Assembly: GCF_004010195.1 (NCBI RefSeq)
Contig: NC_057720.1
Location: 18,949,220-19,013,219, forward strand
Source: Chiloscyllium plagiosum
Lineage: Eukaryota
DNA length: 64,000 bases
Direction of reading: 5' to 3'
In this document: in pieces, positions 49,707-61,784 of the stretch
Position numbering within the stretch: the stretch's first letter is position 1
How the letters are laid out: each line of letters begins with the position of its first letter
Position numbers and translations under genes: made by a program
The notes under the pieces: model-generated
The model's database searches: none
What the model was told of the DNA's origin: nothing
The model's input: the letters and a program-made list of their open reading frames with translations, nothing else

Positions 49707-50889
49707 TCTAATAGAATTTTGTTTGCTGATGGAGGTTAAAGATCAAACTTCAACAACTTGCAGGTACAATGCCTCAGGATCCTTCTTCCCTGTACTTTCA
49801 TCTAAACAAAACCCTTTGCCTCCCTCCCCCCACCTCCAATTTTATATTTTGTGCTCCCTGCTAATTGAAGCTTTATCACTTTCTCCAATGCTCTCCCTCC
49901 ACTTAAACCCTCCTCTGGTCTTTAGTCTTTCTGTATCTTTACATTGAGATAGCCAGCATGACATCAGTCATTTCAATTTCCTCTCGCTCATTTCCTCTCT
50001 GCTGTGCTTTTCCAGCAACACATTTTCAGCTCTCGCTCATTCTAACCTGTCTCCCTCTGAATTTACTGGATTCTGCTTTCTCATGTTCATCCCTAGGATT
50101 AACATCAAACCTGTTAAAAACTTCTGATGTTTTTTCCCATTCATGAGTAGCATTCTTTTTGCCATAACACATTATTTTGGCACTGAACTATTCTCTTTTT
50201 AAAATAATTGAACCTATTTCAAGGAGTCATTAATTTTTTTTAAATAAATTTACAGGGAATTCCTATTTTACTTCCAGTCATCAATAAATATTCAATTTTT
50301 CACATAAAATACTAATACCTAGTATGTCAGGGTAAATGTTTTTTATAAATTCTCCACTATCTTTGTATTTTGCTTTTGTTGAAAATTGTTAATTGACTGT
50401 CTGTTAATGCTTCCTTTGTTAATGAATCTTTAAACTTCAGTTAATCATTTATTCACTGTTAATGCATTGGTTAAGAACCCTTTTGTTACTTAATTCAAAA
50501 AACCTTTGTTATTCCTTTTTGTGGCTGAGTTCCTCAACTCAAACATATAATCGTTTACTCATTGTAAAAGCTTCTATTGTTACTGATTCCTAATATTGAC
50601 TTTTAATCCCTGATGCTTTATGGTAATCCTCAAAACCAGTCATTTAAAGCCCTTCAACTGGCTTTAGATTCACTGTCACCGAGAGGCATTCAACTTGTAA
50701 AGCTGAAAATAAACATAGCCTTAGCATTATATATTTCACAATATTTTGCAAGATATTTTCATCTGCATTTCAGAGATACCATTGTTTACAGTCAGTCAGA
50801 GATGTACAGTACGGAAAAAAACCCTTTGGTCCAACTTGTCCATGCCGACCAGCATTTTTCCCATGTCCCTCTAAACCTTCATACCCATC

Positions 50890-51162
50890 TCTCTCTCTCG
50901 CTCTCTTATTCTCTCTGTGTTTGATTTTACTTTTTGTATTGGGTTTTTGGATAAATTAAGTTATTCTATATTCTGTTTTCTTTTGTTTGTGTTTCATTTG
51001 GTAATCTTGCAAATAAATTCTGTTTTGTTTAAAAACAAGTGGTTTGATCAGTTGCATCACCCCTGGAATATCTGTGTTACACCTGCTTTAACCAACTAGC
51101 AAAGTTAGGGTCTGGACTACTTTCTTGAAATGTTTTGAGGTGGTCTGGTCTGGTCCATAACA
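50890..51162 (+). repeat. Partial LTR (3' part) related to the solo LTR at 54582
   Basis: Its end ..aaatgttttgaggtggtctggtctggtccataaca is reverse-complement-like to the start of 54582-54650. AATAAA near 51011. Confidence 0.6.
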
Positions 51163-51164
51163 TT

Positions 51165-51810
51165 ATCAACCTGCATTCCAAAGTCTCTTTGTCTGCAACA
51201 CTCCCCAGGAACCTTACATGCTGTGATTTGACTTTCCAAAATGGAGCACCTTACATTTATCTAAACTCCATCTGCCACTCCTCGGCCATTTGGCCCATCT
51301 GATCAAGGTCCTGCTGTTCCCTGAGGTACTTCCACTACACCACCAATTTTTAGATTCCTTTTTTTTTACATTAGATTCCCTACAGTGTGGAAACAGGCCA
51401 TTTGGCCCAACAAGTCCACACTGACCCCCTGAAGAGTAACATACCAAGACCCATTCCCCTACATTTCCCTCTGACTAATGCACCTAACACTATGGGCAAT
51501 TTAGCATGGCCAATTAATCCGATCTGCACATCTCTGGACTGTGGGACGAAACTGGAGCACATGGAGGAAACCCATGCTGACACTCGGAGAATGCGCAAAC
51601 TCCACACAGACAGTGGCCCGAGGCGAGTATCGAAACATTGAGCCACCATGCTGCACAATATTGTTCTCATCTGCAAACTTACTAACTAAAGCTCCTATGT
51701 TCACAACCAATTCATTTATATAAATGTCAAAGCAGTGAACCAAGCACGGATCCTTGTGGCACATTGCTGGTCACTGGCTCTGGTCCAAGATGCAACTCTC
51801 CCCCACCACC
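51165..51810 (-). mobile_element. CR1 RT fragment with a nested HE1-like SINE (about 51370-51652)
   Basis: Reads VPQGSVLG..VSKFADE and DKCKVLHFG. The SINE body is homologous to 4040-4355. Confidence 0.8.
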
Positions 51811-54581
51811 TGACCAAATTAGTAACTTGCCTCTAAATGGATTAATTTAATTCCCTCTGTTATCTGAATTTCTGTCCAGAGATGAATGGATGTAATCTGA
51901 GGTATTTTTCAGGGACTACATTGAATCTTTAATTTTTCTTCATCCCTTGCCTTAACAATGTTTCATTCTACCACTCACTGAATTAAGAAAGTATCTCAAA
52001 CATACAAGTATCTATTGTACAACTCCAGAGTCTTGGCACAGAGTAGTTGCACAGCTGAGATTTTACAATTATACCCTCTGGTTATCCTGCTTTGGTTCCA
52101 ACAGCTTCCTGCTTTATTCACTTGTTTAAAAACTTGTCACTCTTTCAGTTTATACATAATAAGATCCTTCACCTGTCAGCATCACTCATTTGTTGTAAAT
52201 CCAGAAGCAATTCTTTGGAGTCTACTTTATACTTTTCAATTGTGTCTAATCTTTTTAGTAAAAGCAAACATCACTGACTAAGTTTCTCCACTTCTGGTCT
52301 GGCTGCAGTTTTGTAGGATGCTTGTGGTATTTTTGGATTTGTATCATGCAATTTATCTCTACATTCTCTGCCATTTAATGTGATGAATGTTCTGATGGTT
52401 TGTCAACCACTGAAATCACTAGGATCTGTGTTCCTAGTCAACGTGGCACCATTCACTTTTATTGTCATTACGTATTATGCTATTTAATTATCCAATACTC
52501 TGCAATTTTATTGCAACTTTGTTGTTTTCACATAACATGGAGGATATGGAGGTAGATATTTCCACTGTATATTGTTGGTTTAAATTTAATCAGAAAATGG
52601 TTTAACCTTGGGTTTCATCTTGTTTGAACACAAGGACTTTCAACTTTGTTAGAAAGGGGAGAAACAAGGGGCCATTCCTGTGTGTGATATGTAAAGTTAC
52701 AATTTCACTTCTCTGTTCCCTAGGCATGGATTGTTCAATTAAATATTGGGCAGAACAGGTACACTCTGACCACAAAGGGCATAAGTTCCACTTTTGAAGG
52801 CATAAGGTTCACCTTACCAGAGTCATGCTGAACCAAGAAATGATCTAATGTACGATCACAAACAGTACAACACTCAAATGTGATGACAGCTCGTACCTTG
52901 AATGGCTTGATTTTCATGATTGAGTAGATAGTGAGTGCTGGTGTTAAATTGCTTCTGGTGAGCGTCATAACTTTATCCAACATTTAAATCATACCTGTAA
53001 TTGGATCTTTCTCCTAAAGGACAATAGACTGCTCAAATTACAGAAAACAAACTGACATTTTTATTTGCTTTTTATTCCCTTTTGGAAAGTTGTTTTGAGA
53101 TGTGAATAGGAGGCCTCGCTGTAGAATTTTGGACTACTGAAAACTGCTGAATTCCAAATGTAATATTTTTAAATTCATCTGATTACTCAAGTGGGTATCC
53201 ACTGAGTAGCCTGTGTCATGTGAAGCACAAAGGTCACCAGGTTGAATTCACTGGCCTGTGCTGCAATTCCCCTGCTGCCTCTCTGTGTATTATAGCAAGA
53301 AGAATAGCCAAAATCCACACTTCAGATGAATACTGGAAATGCAAATAGAGACTTTTTTAGATGGAGTTGGGAATGGTTTAACTCTTAATAACACATAGCC
53401 AAATATTGGCTATCAATGCTCATTTGGGGATAATGGTCACTTGGGCGACATGCTGAGTCTCATATGTTAGTTCATGGTAACATGTTGACTTCATGAGGAA
53501 AACGGTGTGGAAACAATTAATGAGAGAAATGATAATGTTTGTTGATTATTTTGATAGTCCTTCCAGATTGTGATGTAATTTGTATCTCTTTGCTTTCAAG
53601 TCATTTCGCTTTGGCCACATATTTCTTCTGAAAGTTTTCAGAAAGTAAAATGTTTTTATTGTATATTAGGTTGAATCAAAACTTCTTGCACTTTAATGAA
53701 GTGTAAGTGGTACAATTGTTTAGCATAGTCATTTTAGTTTCGGGAGCCTGGATTTAATTATAGTTCTGTTCTTACTGGCAGTGGTAAGAATCTAATGCAA
53801 ATGAATTTGAACCAGTTCCTACTGGGCACCACATTAAAACAAAACTGCTTGTATTTCAGCACAGTCTGGCATGCAGACGCAGAACTGGAACAACATCAGA
53901 CTTCTGGAAAGTCTGTATTTTCATGCTTAAGGGCATAAGGAATAAGAATGGGAGGAGCCAGACAGCCTCTTAAGCCTGTTCTGACATTTAGTATCATAAT
54001 GGCTGAATGTTTACTTCAAAATCACTTTCTTGCCCTGTTTCCACAACTCTTCTTACCCTTAGTGTTCAAAACGTCTATTGATCTCTGTCTTGTGTATACT
54101 CAATGACTGAACATCCACAGGCTGTTGAGATAAAGCATTTCAAAGATTTGTAACTCCTAAGACATTTTTTTGCATGTCAGTGTAATGTCTTATCCTAAGA
54201 ATATGACCCCTTGTGATAGACATTTCAGCCAGAGGAATTATTACTCAGCATCTACCAAGTCACACTCTCCATGTTTTAATGAGATCACCTATCACCTTTC
54301 CTGGCTCCAGAGCATGTAGGTCCACTCTGATTAATCTCCCTTTTGAAATACAGTCCATCTGAAGAACCTTTGTTGCATCTGCAAATCCTCCACCCCAATT
54401 CTAAGTAGCACAAAAGAATGTTAAAGTTTTCATAGACCGAAAGGACAATAGACTGCTCACTCATCACACAGACAATTGATAGTGAGGGTAACCTGAAGGT
54501 CACCATTGTCTCAGCAAGGGGCAAGGTTGCAGTGACCTCAGCTCAAAAGAATTGAACCCATGCTGTTACATCACAAACTAA

Positions 54582-55312
54582 TGTTGTGGACTAGGCCCAA
54601 CCCCTCAAAACATTTTTAAGCAGGTAGCCCAGACCACAAATTTGCTATTTGTTTGAGCTAGGTTCGACTGCCAAGTTTTAAACAGACAATTTACTTACAA
54701 AATTATGGAATGAAACACTAACAGAAAACCAAACACCAGATAGCTTATTCTATCCAAAACTGACTTAATAATGCTGTTCTGAAAATACTTGTATCGATCC
54801 CAATAAACACATCCCTTAGCACAAAGAATAAAAATGAAACAAACTACAGGCTTGAAGTTAAAAATCACACAACAACAGGTTATAGTCCAACAGGTTTAAT
54901 TGGAAGCACACTAGCTTTCGGAGCAACGCTCCTTCATCAATCACCTGATTGGACTATAACCTGGTGCTGTGTGATTTTTAACTTTGTACACCCCAGTCCA
55001 ACACCGGCATCTCCGAATCACGACTACAGGTTTGAAGTTAGCGAGAGGTCAGCAGCCTGTTTCACACATCCCCTGATACAACTGAACCAAAAACTCTAAT
55101 CTAAGTGAAGGCTAGCTACGCATTTCGTTGGCCACTCCCCTTTGATTATACCGTTTTTCTTCAAAAGACCTGAAGCCTTATCTGTTGGGGGTAAACAAAG
55201 GGCCCTAATTAAACTTTCAAACCCAGCCTAGTTGGAGCCTGGCCACTTAACTCCTCTCAGGAAGAAAACTCAAGGGCATAGTAATCTTGTAGAAAGAACA
55301 AGTATTGTGACA
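54582..55312 (-). mobile_element. Solo LTR with a nested Penelope-derived insertion (54861-55022)
   Basis: TGTTGTGG...TTGTGACA with 4-bp flanks ctaa/ctag. The nested insert has an 18-bp TSD ACTACAGG(C/T)TTGAAGTTA at 54843-54860 and 55023-55040. Confidence 0.7.
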
Positions 55313-56084
55313 CTAGCCAACCAGTCAACTGAGCTAACTAGACCTTAAGGAACACAAAACGATACAGTAATCCACCGGTTTAGTCCCAACTAAGCCAAAT
55401 ATAATTCCAACAAGATTTTCTTAGTGTTGTTCCATACTTGCTTTGTAATAAAGACACTATCATACCAGTTACATTCCGAATAGTTTGCTATACCTGCATG
55501 TTAACTTGTACATAAGTCACAGAATGTTAACAGTTCCTTGGTCTAAACCTGTCAAACGTCAGGGTTACTCCTCATTTGGCAACACTGTAAGCCTCCCCTT
55601 TTTAATCTAAAGCTGTCTGTACATTCTCCAATTAGCTACAGCTGTACCACTTTTCCAGGAAAATGTTTATCCCTCACTGCACATTTTTTTGAGAATATTA
55701 ATTATTCATTTAAATGCCTTCTATTGCTTCTCTACCGTAATAGCTTAAAATCTACTCTTTCAATCTACCTCAGCCAGTTTGCTCCTCATACCTTTGCAAT
55801 TGGCTTTGCTAACATTTCAGAGCATTGTTTTGGACTTAACCACATTACTCTCAACCTTACTATGAAATTTTGAACTTAGGTATATGGCTGTGACAGAGTA
55901 GAAAGAACATTGTGTGATCAACTGGGCTGCACATGTTTGCAAGGAGAATGTAAAATTCCAACATAGGACTCAATATTTCTTTGTTCAGTTTGTCTTCAGT
56001 TATATTTTGGATGCATTACATCTGTAGTTGTATGTATTTCAAGAATATTTAAAATCACCCTCTGTTTATGGGAATTAATTGGTA

Positions 56085-56332
56085 AGACCATAAGGTATAG
56101 GAATAACGTAGCTATTCAGCCCATTAAACCCGCTCCACCATTCAATGAGATCGTGGCTGATCTGATTCTCAACTCCACGTTTTCCTGAATTGGCTGGGGA
56201 TATGAATAGGAAGGGTTTGGAGGGATATGGGCCGGGTGCTGGCAAGTGGGACTAGATTGGGTTGGGATATCTGGTCGGCATGGATGGGTTGGACTGAAGG
56301 GCCTGTTTCCATGCTGTACATCTCTATGACCT
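56085..56332. mobile_element. Two opposed CR1 tail fragments
   Basis: ggatatgaataggaagggtttggagggatatgggccgggtgctgg is a CR1/HER1 tail on the + strand. An opposite-orientation tail precedes it. Confidence 0.7.
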
Positions 56333-56389
56333 CTCCTGATTTTTAAAAAATTTATTATATTGAATAATTATTAAATATAATTGCTGCAG

Positions 56390-56910
56390 TGAGTACCTCA
56401 CCTCCTAGCTCCCCAAGGTCTGTCCACTATCTTCAAGCTACAAGTCAGGAATACTCCGAACTTGCCTGGATGAGTGTAGCTCCAACAACACTCAAGAAGC
56501 TTGATATCATCCAAGACAAAGCACACATTGGCACCTCATCCACAAACACCTATTCCCTCCAACACTAATGGTCAGTAGCATCAGTGTGTACTGTCGATGC
56601 ACTGAGGAAATTCACCATTGATCCTTTAGACAGCACCTTCCGAACCCATGACCACTTCCATCTAGGAAAGAGCAGCACATACATGGAAGATACACAGGTA
56701 AGTTCCTTTCCAAGCCACTCACTATTCTGACTTGGAAATAGATTAGTGTTCCTTCATTGTCAGGGGGTCAAAATTCTGGAATTCCCTCCCTAACAATCTT
56801 GTGGGTCTACTTACATCAAAAAGGCAGATCACCACTACCTTCTGAATGGCAACTAAATGGTAATAAATGCTGGCCCAGATAGTGACACCCATGTCCCATA
56901 ATTGAATTAA
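56390..56910 (+). mobile_element. LINE (CR1/L2-group) 3' fragment
   Basis: Reads TIFKLQVR..LAWMSVAPTTLKKLDIIQDKA. Its tail aataaatgctggccc recurs inverted near 39600 and 48120. Confidence 0.65.
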
Positions 56911-58084
56911 AAATAAGACAATTAACAGCTCCTATTTTCTTTTGAGCTTTGGTTTTCTCCACTGTCTGATCTTGATAGTGCTGTAAATTGTTTAACTAGC
57001 TATTTTCAGTAATTGACAAATGTCTATTTTAACAATTGTTTCACTTTGCTCATGAAATTGTAAAAATGGAGTGGTGGTACTCTATTGATACCAATTAAAA
57101 TCTGCGTTTGTCATTCAAAATGGAAGGCATTACACAAATTGATTCAATTTTGAAACTACTGTAGAATAACCTTAAATTTTCAAGTCCTTGGATGCTTGCA
57201 TTTTACTGAAACAACAACCAGTACAAAATTCAGTTTTGCTGTGTAGCAGGATGCTTCTACTTTCCACTAGGTGGCCACCTTGTTTGCCTATTGAAGATGT
57301 AATCCTTACATAATATACGAACAGAGCTTGTAACTTAATGCTGTAGTTACTAGTGTGAACCTGATTGGTGTTTTATTTTCAGCCTATTTAAGACAGTGAG
57401 GGAATTAGGGGTTATTTATGAGAAGGTGAGATTCGAAGCAGAAATTTCTAGCGTCTGTAGAATTAATCTTCAATAAATCAATGCAATTGCAAATCACCTG
57501 TCGCGGAGTACTTCCATTTTAGGGTTCATGTTACTTTGAAAGCATAATTTTAAATGTAAATTCTACTATCTCAATAATCTGTTAAGTATTTGTTCATGTA
57601 AACAGCAAATAGTAAACATTACAAAGACTCTGCATTAAGTGGATTTTCTGGTGTATTGAAAATGTTAATACATCTTCGATACAATTCTTCAGGCACTAAT
57701 GTTAAGTGCTGGTAAATCTTTAATTAGCTATTCTTGTGGCAGTTTAAATGGACAACGTCAAGAAACTACTCAAATGAAATAGGATATCACATCCAAGCTC
57801 AATCTGTTCATAACAGGAGAGACCAGATAGTAATCAATATTGGGAACATAATTTTGTGTCTGTCTCTCCCAAATCCTCATCCTCATCTCCAGTACGCAGT
57901 CCAGTTGCCATTTTAACTTCCCTTCTGTTTCAACCCTGACCCTGCCTTTGCTCTTCTACACTGCTTCATCTTGGTTTCACATACCAATGACAGTCTCACA
58001 TCTAACTTCTGACACCTAACTTTTGGCTAAACGCCCTCTCTTCTATCGTCTCTGAATTGAACATTGACTTTAGAAACTTATGAT

Positions 58085-59185
58085 GCTGAGGTGCCAGTGT
58101 TGGACTGGGGTGAACAAAATTAAAAATCACACAACACCACGTTTTAGTCCCACATGTTTATTTGGAAATACAAGCTTTCAGAGCGCTGCACCTCCATCAG
58201 GTAGCTAGTGGTGCAGGATCACAAGACACAGAATTTATAGCAATGATCAACGTGTCATAAAACTGATGCGACATATTGAACAAACTTAGATTGCTGTTAA
58301 GTCTTTTATCGCTTGGAATAGATTGCATGTTTTGGTTTGTTAATATATAAATCCCAGAACTTCTTTCACGTCACAACCCTGAGACAGATAACTTAAGATT
58401 TTATCAGTATCTAAAAAAGTGACATCTCAGCTCAGACAAAGCATTAAAGGTGTGAGGTTCGAGTCTGTCTGTATTCCAAACTGGAGTCAGACTAGTTCTA
58501 TTTCCAAAGTAGGAATTTCTGAAATATCACATGGACGGTCTACAGATTAATCCAAAAGCATGCTCAAAGTAGAATGTATCTGCAAATTCAGCCCCCTTGA
58601 TCTATTAGTGTGTGGGAGAGTGTGTGTGCGAGTGTGTGTGCGCCTGTTTGATAGAGCGTGTGCATGAGTGTGATGGAGTTTATGCCTGTGAGAGGGTGTA
58701 TATGGTGTGGTGGGGTCACCTGTGGTGTGACATGAACCCATGATCCCTGTTGAGGCTGTCCTCATGATTACCGAACTTGGTTATCAGCCTCTGCTTGACA
58801 AACTCTGCATTTGTTGCCTATCTTGAAGTTTACCTTGTAGGATGTTCACCCAAACATCCGCGACTGAATGTCCTTGACCACTGAAGTATTCTCTGACTGG
58901 GAGGGAACACCCCTGCCTGGTGATTGTTGCTCTGTATCCATTTTATCCATTGTTGTAGTGTCTGCATGGTCTCGCCAATATACCATGCCCTGGGGCATCT
59001 TTGTCTCATATGCTGCAGGTAATGTTGGCCGGGTCGCATGAGTATCTGTTGCACACATGGTGGTTGGGGTACCCATGTGTAATGGTATATCCTTGTCGAT
59101 GATCTGATACGTCTTTGCAGCGGTTACCATGGCAGGGTTGCATGGTGCTGTGGTTGATGTTGTCCTGAAGGTTGGGTATTTTTGT
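58085..59185 (-). mobile_element. Penelope-like element (second family): GIY-YIG remnant plus terminal repeat
   Basis: Reads PCHGNRCK..RYSCDPAN and RQRCPRAWYIGETMQTLQQW. The terminal segment 58085-58205 is homologous to 54861-55022. Confidence 0.82.
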
Positions 59186-59194
59186 TGTCTTCAA

Positions 59195-59930
59195 ATCCCC
59201 TAGAAAATTCTAATCTTCTTTTCTTTCCCTGGTAACTGACCAACACTAAACCAGCCTGTTCAAGAAGTTGGTGTCTGATTGGACCCCAAGATGAGCTTCT
59301 AACAACTTCTAACTTTGAATTATTTGATTCACCAAAGCCACCTACTTCTACTTCTGTAACATCAGCTGACTTGAGTCTGCCTCATCCGCTACTGAATCTA
59401 TTATCCATGTTTCCTCTAGACTTAATTAATCAACAGTCTCCTAAGTGACCTCTTAGTTTCTATCCTGCATTCCCTTGAGCTGATAGCATGAATTTTTAAT
59501 GTGCTGTAAATTCATCAGCCTGTGCTCACAAGCTCATAGGTCTCTAATGCTATGATGTAAAATTCCATTTACAATTTAAATTGTTTCAAATCCTTTCATT
59601 GCCTTGGCACCCTCGATCTCTTCTGTACTATACCCTCCAAGATCTCTGCTCCTTCAAATCTGGTCTCTTATGCATCCCAGAATTTAATTGCTCCACTATT
59701 ATTGTAATGCCTTCATTTGCCTAGGCCGTAAGCTTGGGAATTTCCTCCTGAAATCTCTCCACCTCTCTTTCATTCCTGTTTATACACTCCATAAAACTTG
59801 CCTCCTATGACCAATTGTTTTTATGGTTCTAGTATATCCATATGTGGCATGGAGTCTAATGTTGTTTGATTACATTTGTGAAGTGCTTTGGGACTTTGAA
59901 CCATGTTTAAAGGTGCTTTTTAACTGTCAT
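59195..59930 (+). mobile_element. Degraded L2-type LINE 3' fragment
   Basis: Reads KLGV*LDPKMSF..TKATYFYFCNI..SSRLN, with an L2-like tail. Confidence 0.55.
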
Positions 59931-59974
59931 AAGCTGCCTGTTTTCCCACTTGGCTGATTTTCAAGAAAAACTGT

Positions 59975-60236
59975 ATGTACAGTTTCTGTGTGTACACGCA
60001 TGTGCACGTCTGTGTGTCTGTATTGGTGTGTGTGCAAGCAGGTGTCTGTGTGTGCGTGTCAGTGTGCCTGTCTGTGAGTGAGTTTGTTCACCAGTGCCTA
60101 CAAGTGTCTGTGGATGCTTGCTCGTGCAAGTCCACTGATATGTGGATGTGTGTACATCCCCGTGTGCACGCACATGTATGTGTGCGTGTGCAGGTGTGTG
60201 TGTGCCTGCGTGAGTGTATGTACAGGTATGTACACC
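59975..60236. repeat. Degenerate (TG)n microsatellite-like tract
   Basis: Dense tgtgtg/tgcgtg repeats. Confidence 0.85.
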
Positions 60237-61115
60237 CATAAACTTTTCCTGTGTGATAGCCATCAGACACCATGTTCCCTGGTTCCAATTTAGATGAATG
60301 GTCTAAACTTGAAATGTTAATCTGACATTTTGTTTCAAATCCTGACAGATGTATTGTAAACTTCCAGCATATTTAAAATAATTAAATATCCAACATTCAG
60401 TTTCACTTCAGTATTCTTGTCCTCGTCCACTTTGAATATAGTTACCTAAGTTCATCCCAGGGACCACCTGGTTGATCTGTTTCAAAGTCACACTAAATTC
60501 TGCATTTACCCACCTTGGAAACCAGAAGGATACTACCAAGTGAGAAACTCTCATTTTAGTGGACATTTGATTTATTGTGCTTCTTTTACCATCTTATATC
60601 AAAATTACATAATTGAGGTTTTCCAGAGTGGAAGCTCCACTTCCTTGGAGCAGGAGGAGGCCATTCAGCCCATTGAACCTACTCCAAATTCAAAAAGATC
60701 ATAGCTAATCTGTTTCTGGCCTTCACTTCACCTTCCTGCCTGCCCATCTGTCACAACACTTAACTTCCTTGTTAATCAGAAATCTGCCTACCTCAGTCTT
60801 GGATAGCCAATGGCTCAGCCTTTGCTGTTTTGCATGAGAGAATTCCCAAGGTCATCAACCCTCTGAAAGAAGTCCTTTCACCTCACCAACAAAGGGAGAT
60901 CCCTTTTATTTTTAAGCTGTGCCTCCTAGTTCTAGAAACTTCCAAGGAGGAACATCCTCTCAGTTTTTATTCTGTTAAACCCCCTTGGAACCTTTTTATA
61001 TTTCAATGAGGTTAAATCTAATCAACATTTCCTCATATGACAATATGTTTTATTCCAGGAATCAGACACATGGAACCTTTTTTCTGTAATTCTTCCAATT
61101 TAAGTACATTCTTCT

Positions 61116-61784
61116 TGTGAGAAGCAAAGCTCACTCACTTCAATAATTTCAGTCCGAGACAAAAATCTGAAACAGCAGTGTCATTTATTTTACACTTGCA
61201 AGTGGGTGTGATGTCACAAGGCAGGGACAAAACACACACCGAATTCGACAAACGCTCGATATTTATATAATTTGAGTCCCTACATATTTTTTCTTATTTC
61301 ATTGTTTGCACCCACCCACCCACCCCCCCCCCGCTTACGTCACTCATTTCCCTAAAGACTGATCCCACAACTTCTGTTTATCCGGCCTTGTCCATGACAA
61401 ATGCCTATCTCTGGCTCCCATAAGGTTGTTTGACGTCATCCCATCCTTTGCTTACCATTATCTACTCCCTCCATCTGCGCTGCCCCTCACAGCATCTTAT
61501 CACTAAGCCCTTTTAATTGGGGTTTGTTCCTGTGTCTATGTACAAGTGGGAAACCTACTGTTTATACAGGCCTCTCTTCACAGCACTTTATCTCGTGCCT
61601 GTATTTCTACCATTGTTTTGTAATCACGTCTCAAGCTAACATACCATTTTTAATGGATTATATATTTCCTCATTCTTGCTAATTCAGCTCTCGGGCCGAA
61701 ACAATCCCAAACTAATGTGAATTCATTTACTCTGTATCAGAACTTATAATTGCAGAAATAATATTAATTCACCTATATCCCACA
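61116..61784 (-). mobile_element. Solo LTR (669 bp) inserted in an old CR1 fragment (about 60650-61990)
   Basis: Termini TGTGAGA...TCCCACA with a perfect 4-bp TSD TTCT (61112-61115 and 61785-61788). On the minus strand, TATATAAA (about 61269) lies upstream of AATAAA (about 61188). Confidence 0.8.

Noticed and set aside
52724..52758. Possible short exon encoding MDCSIKYWAEQ (WD40-like) after a pyrimidine tract and AG
   Set aside because: The donor (GTACAC) is weak and no partner exons were found. Likely chance.
59961..60293. His/Thr-rich and Val/Cys-rich ORFs
   Set aside because: Translations of a degenerate (TG)n/(CA)n tract.
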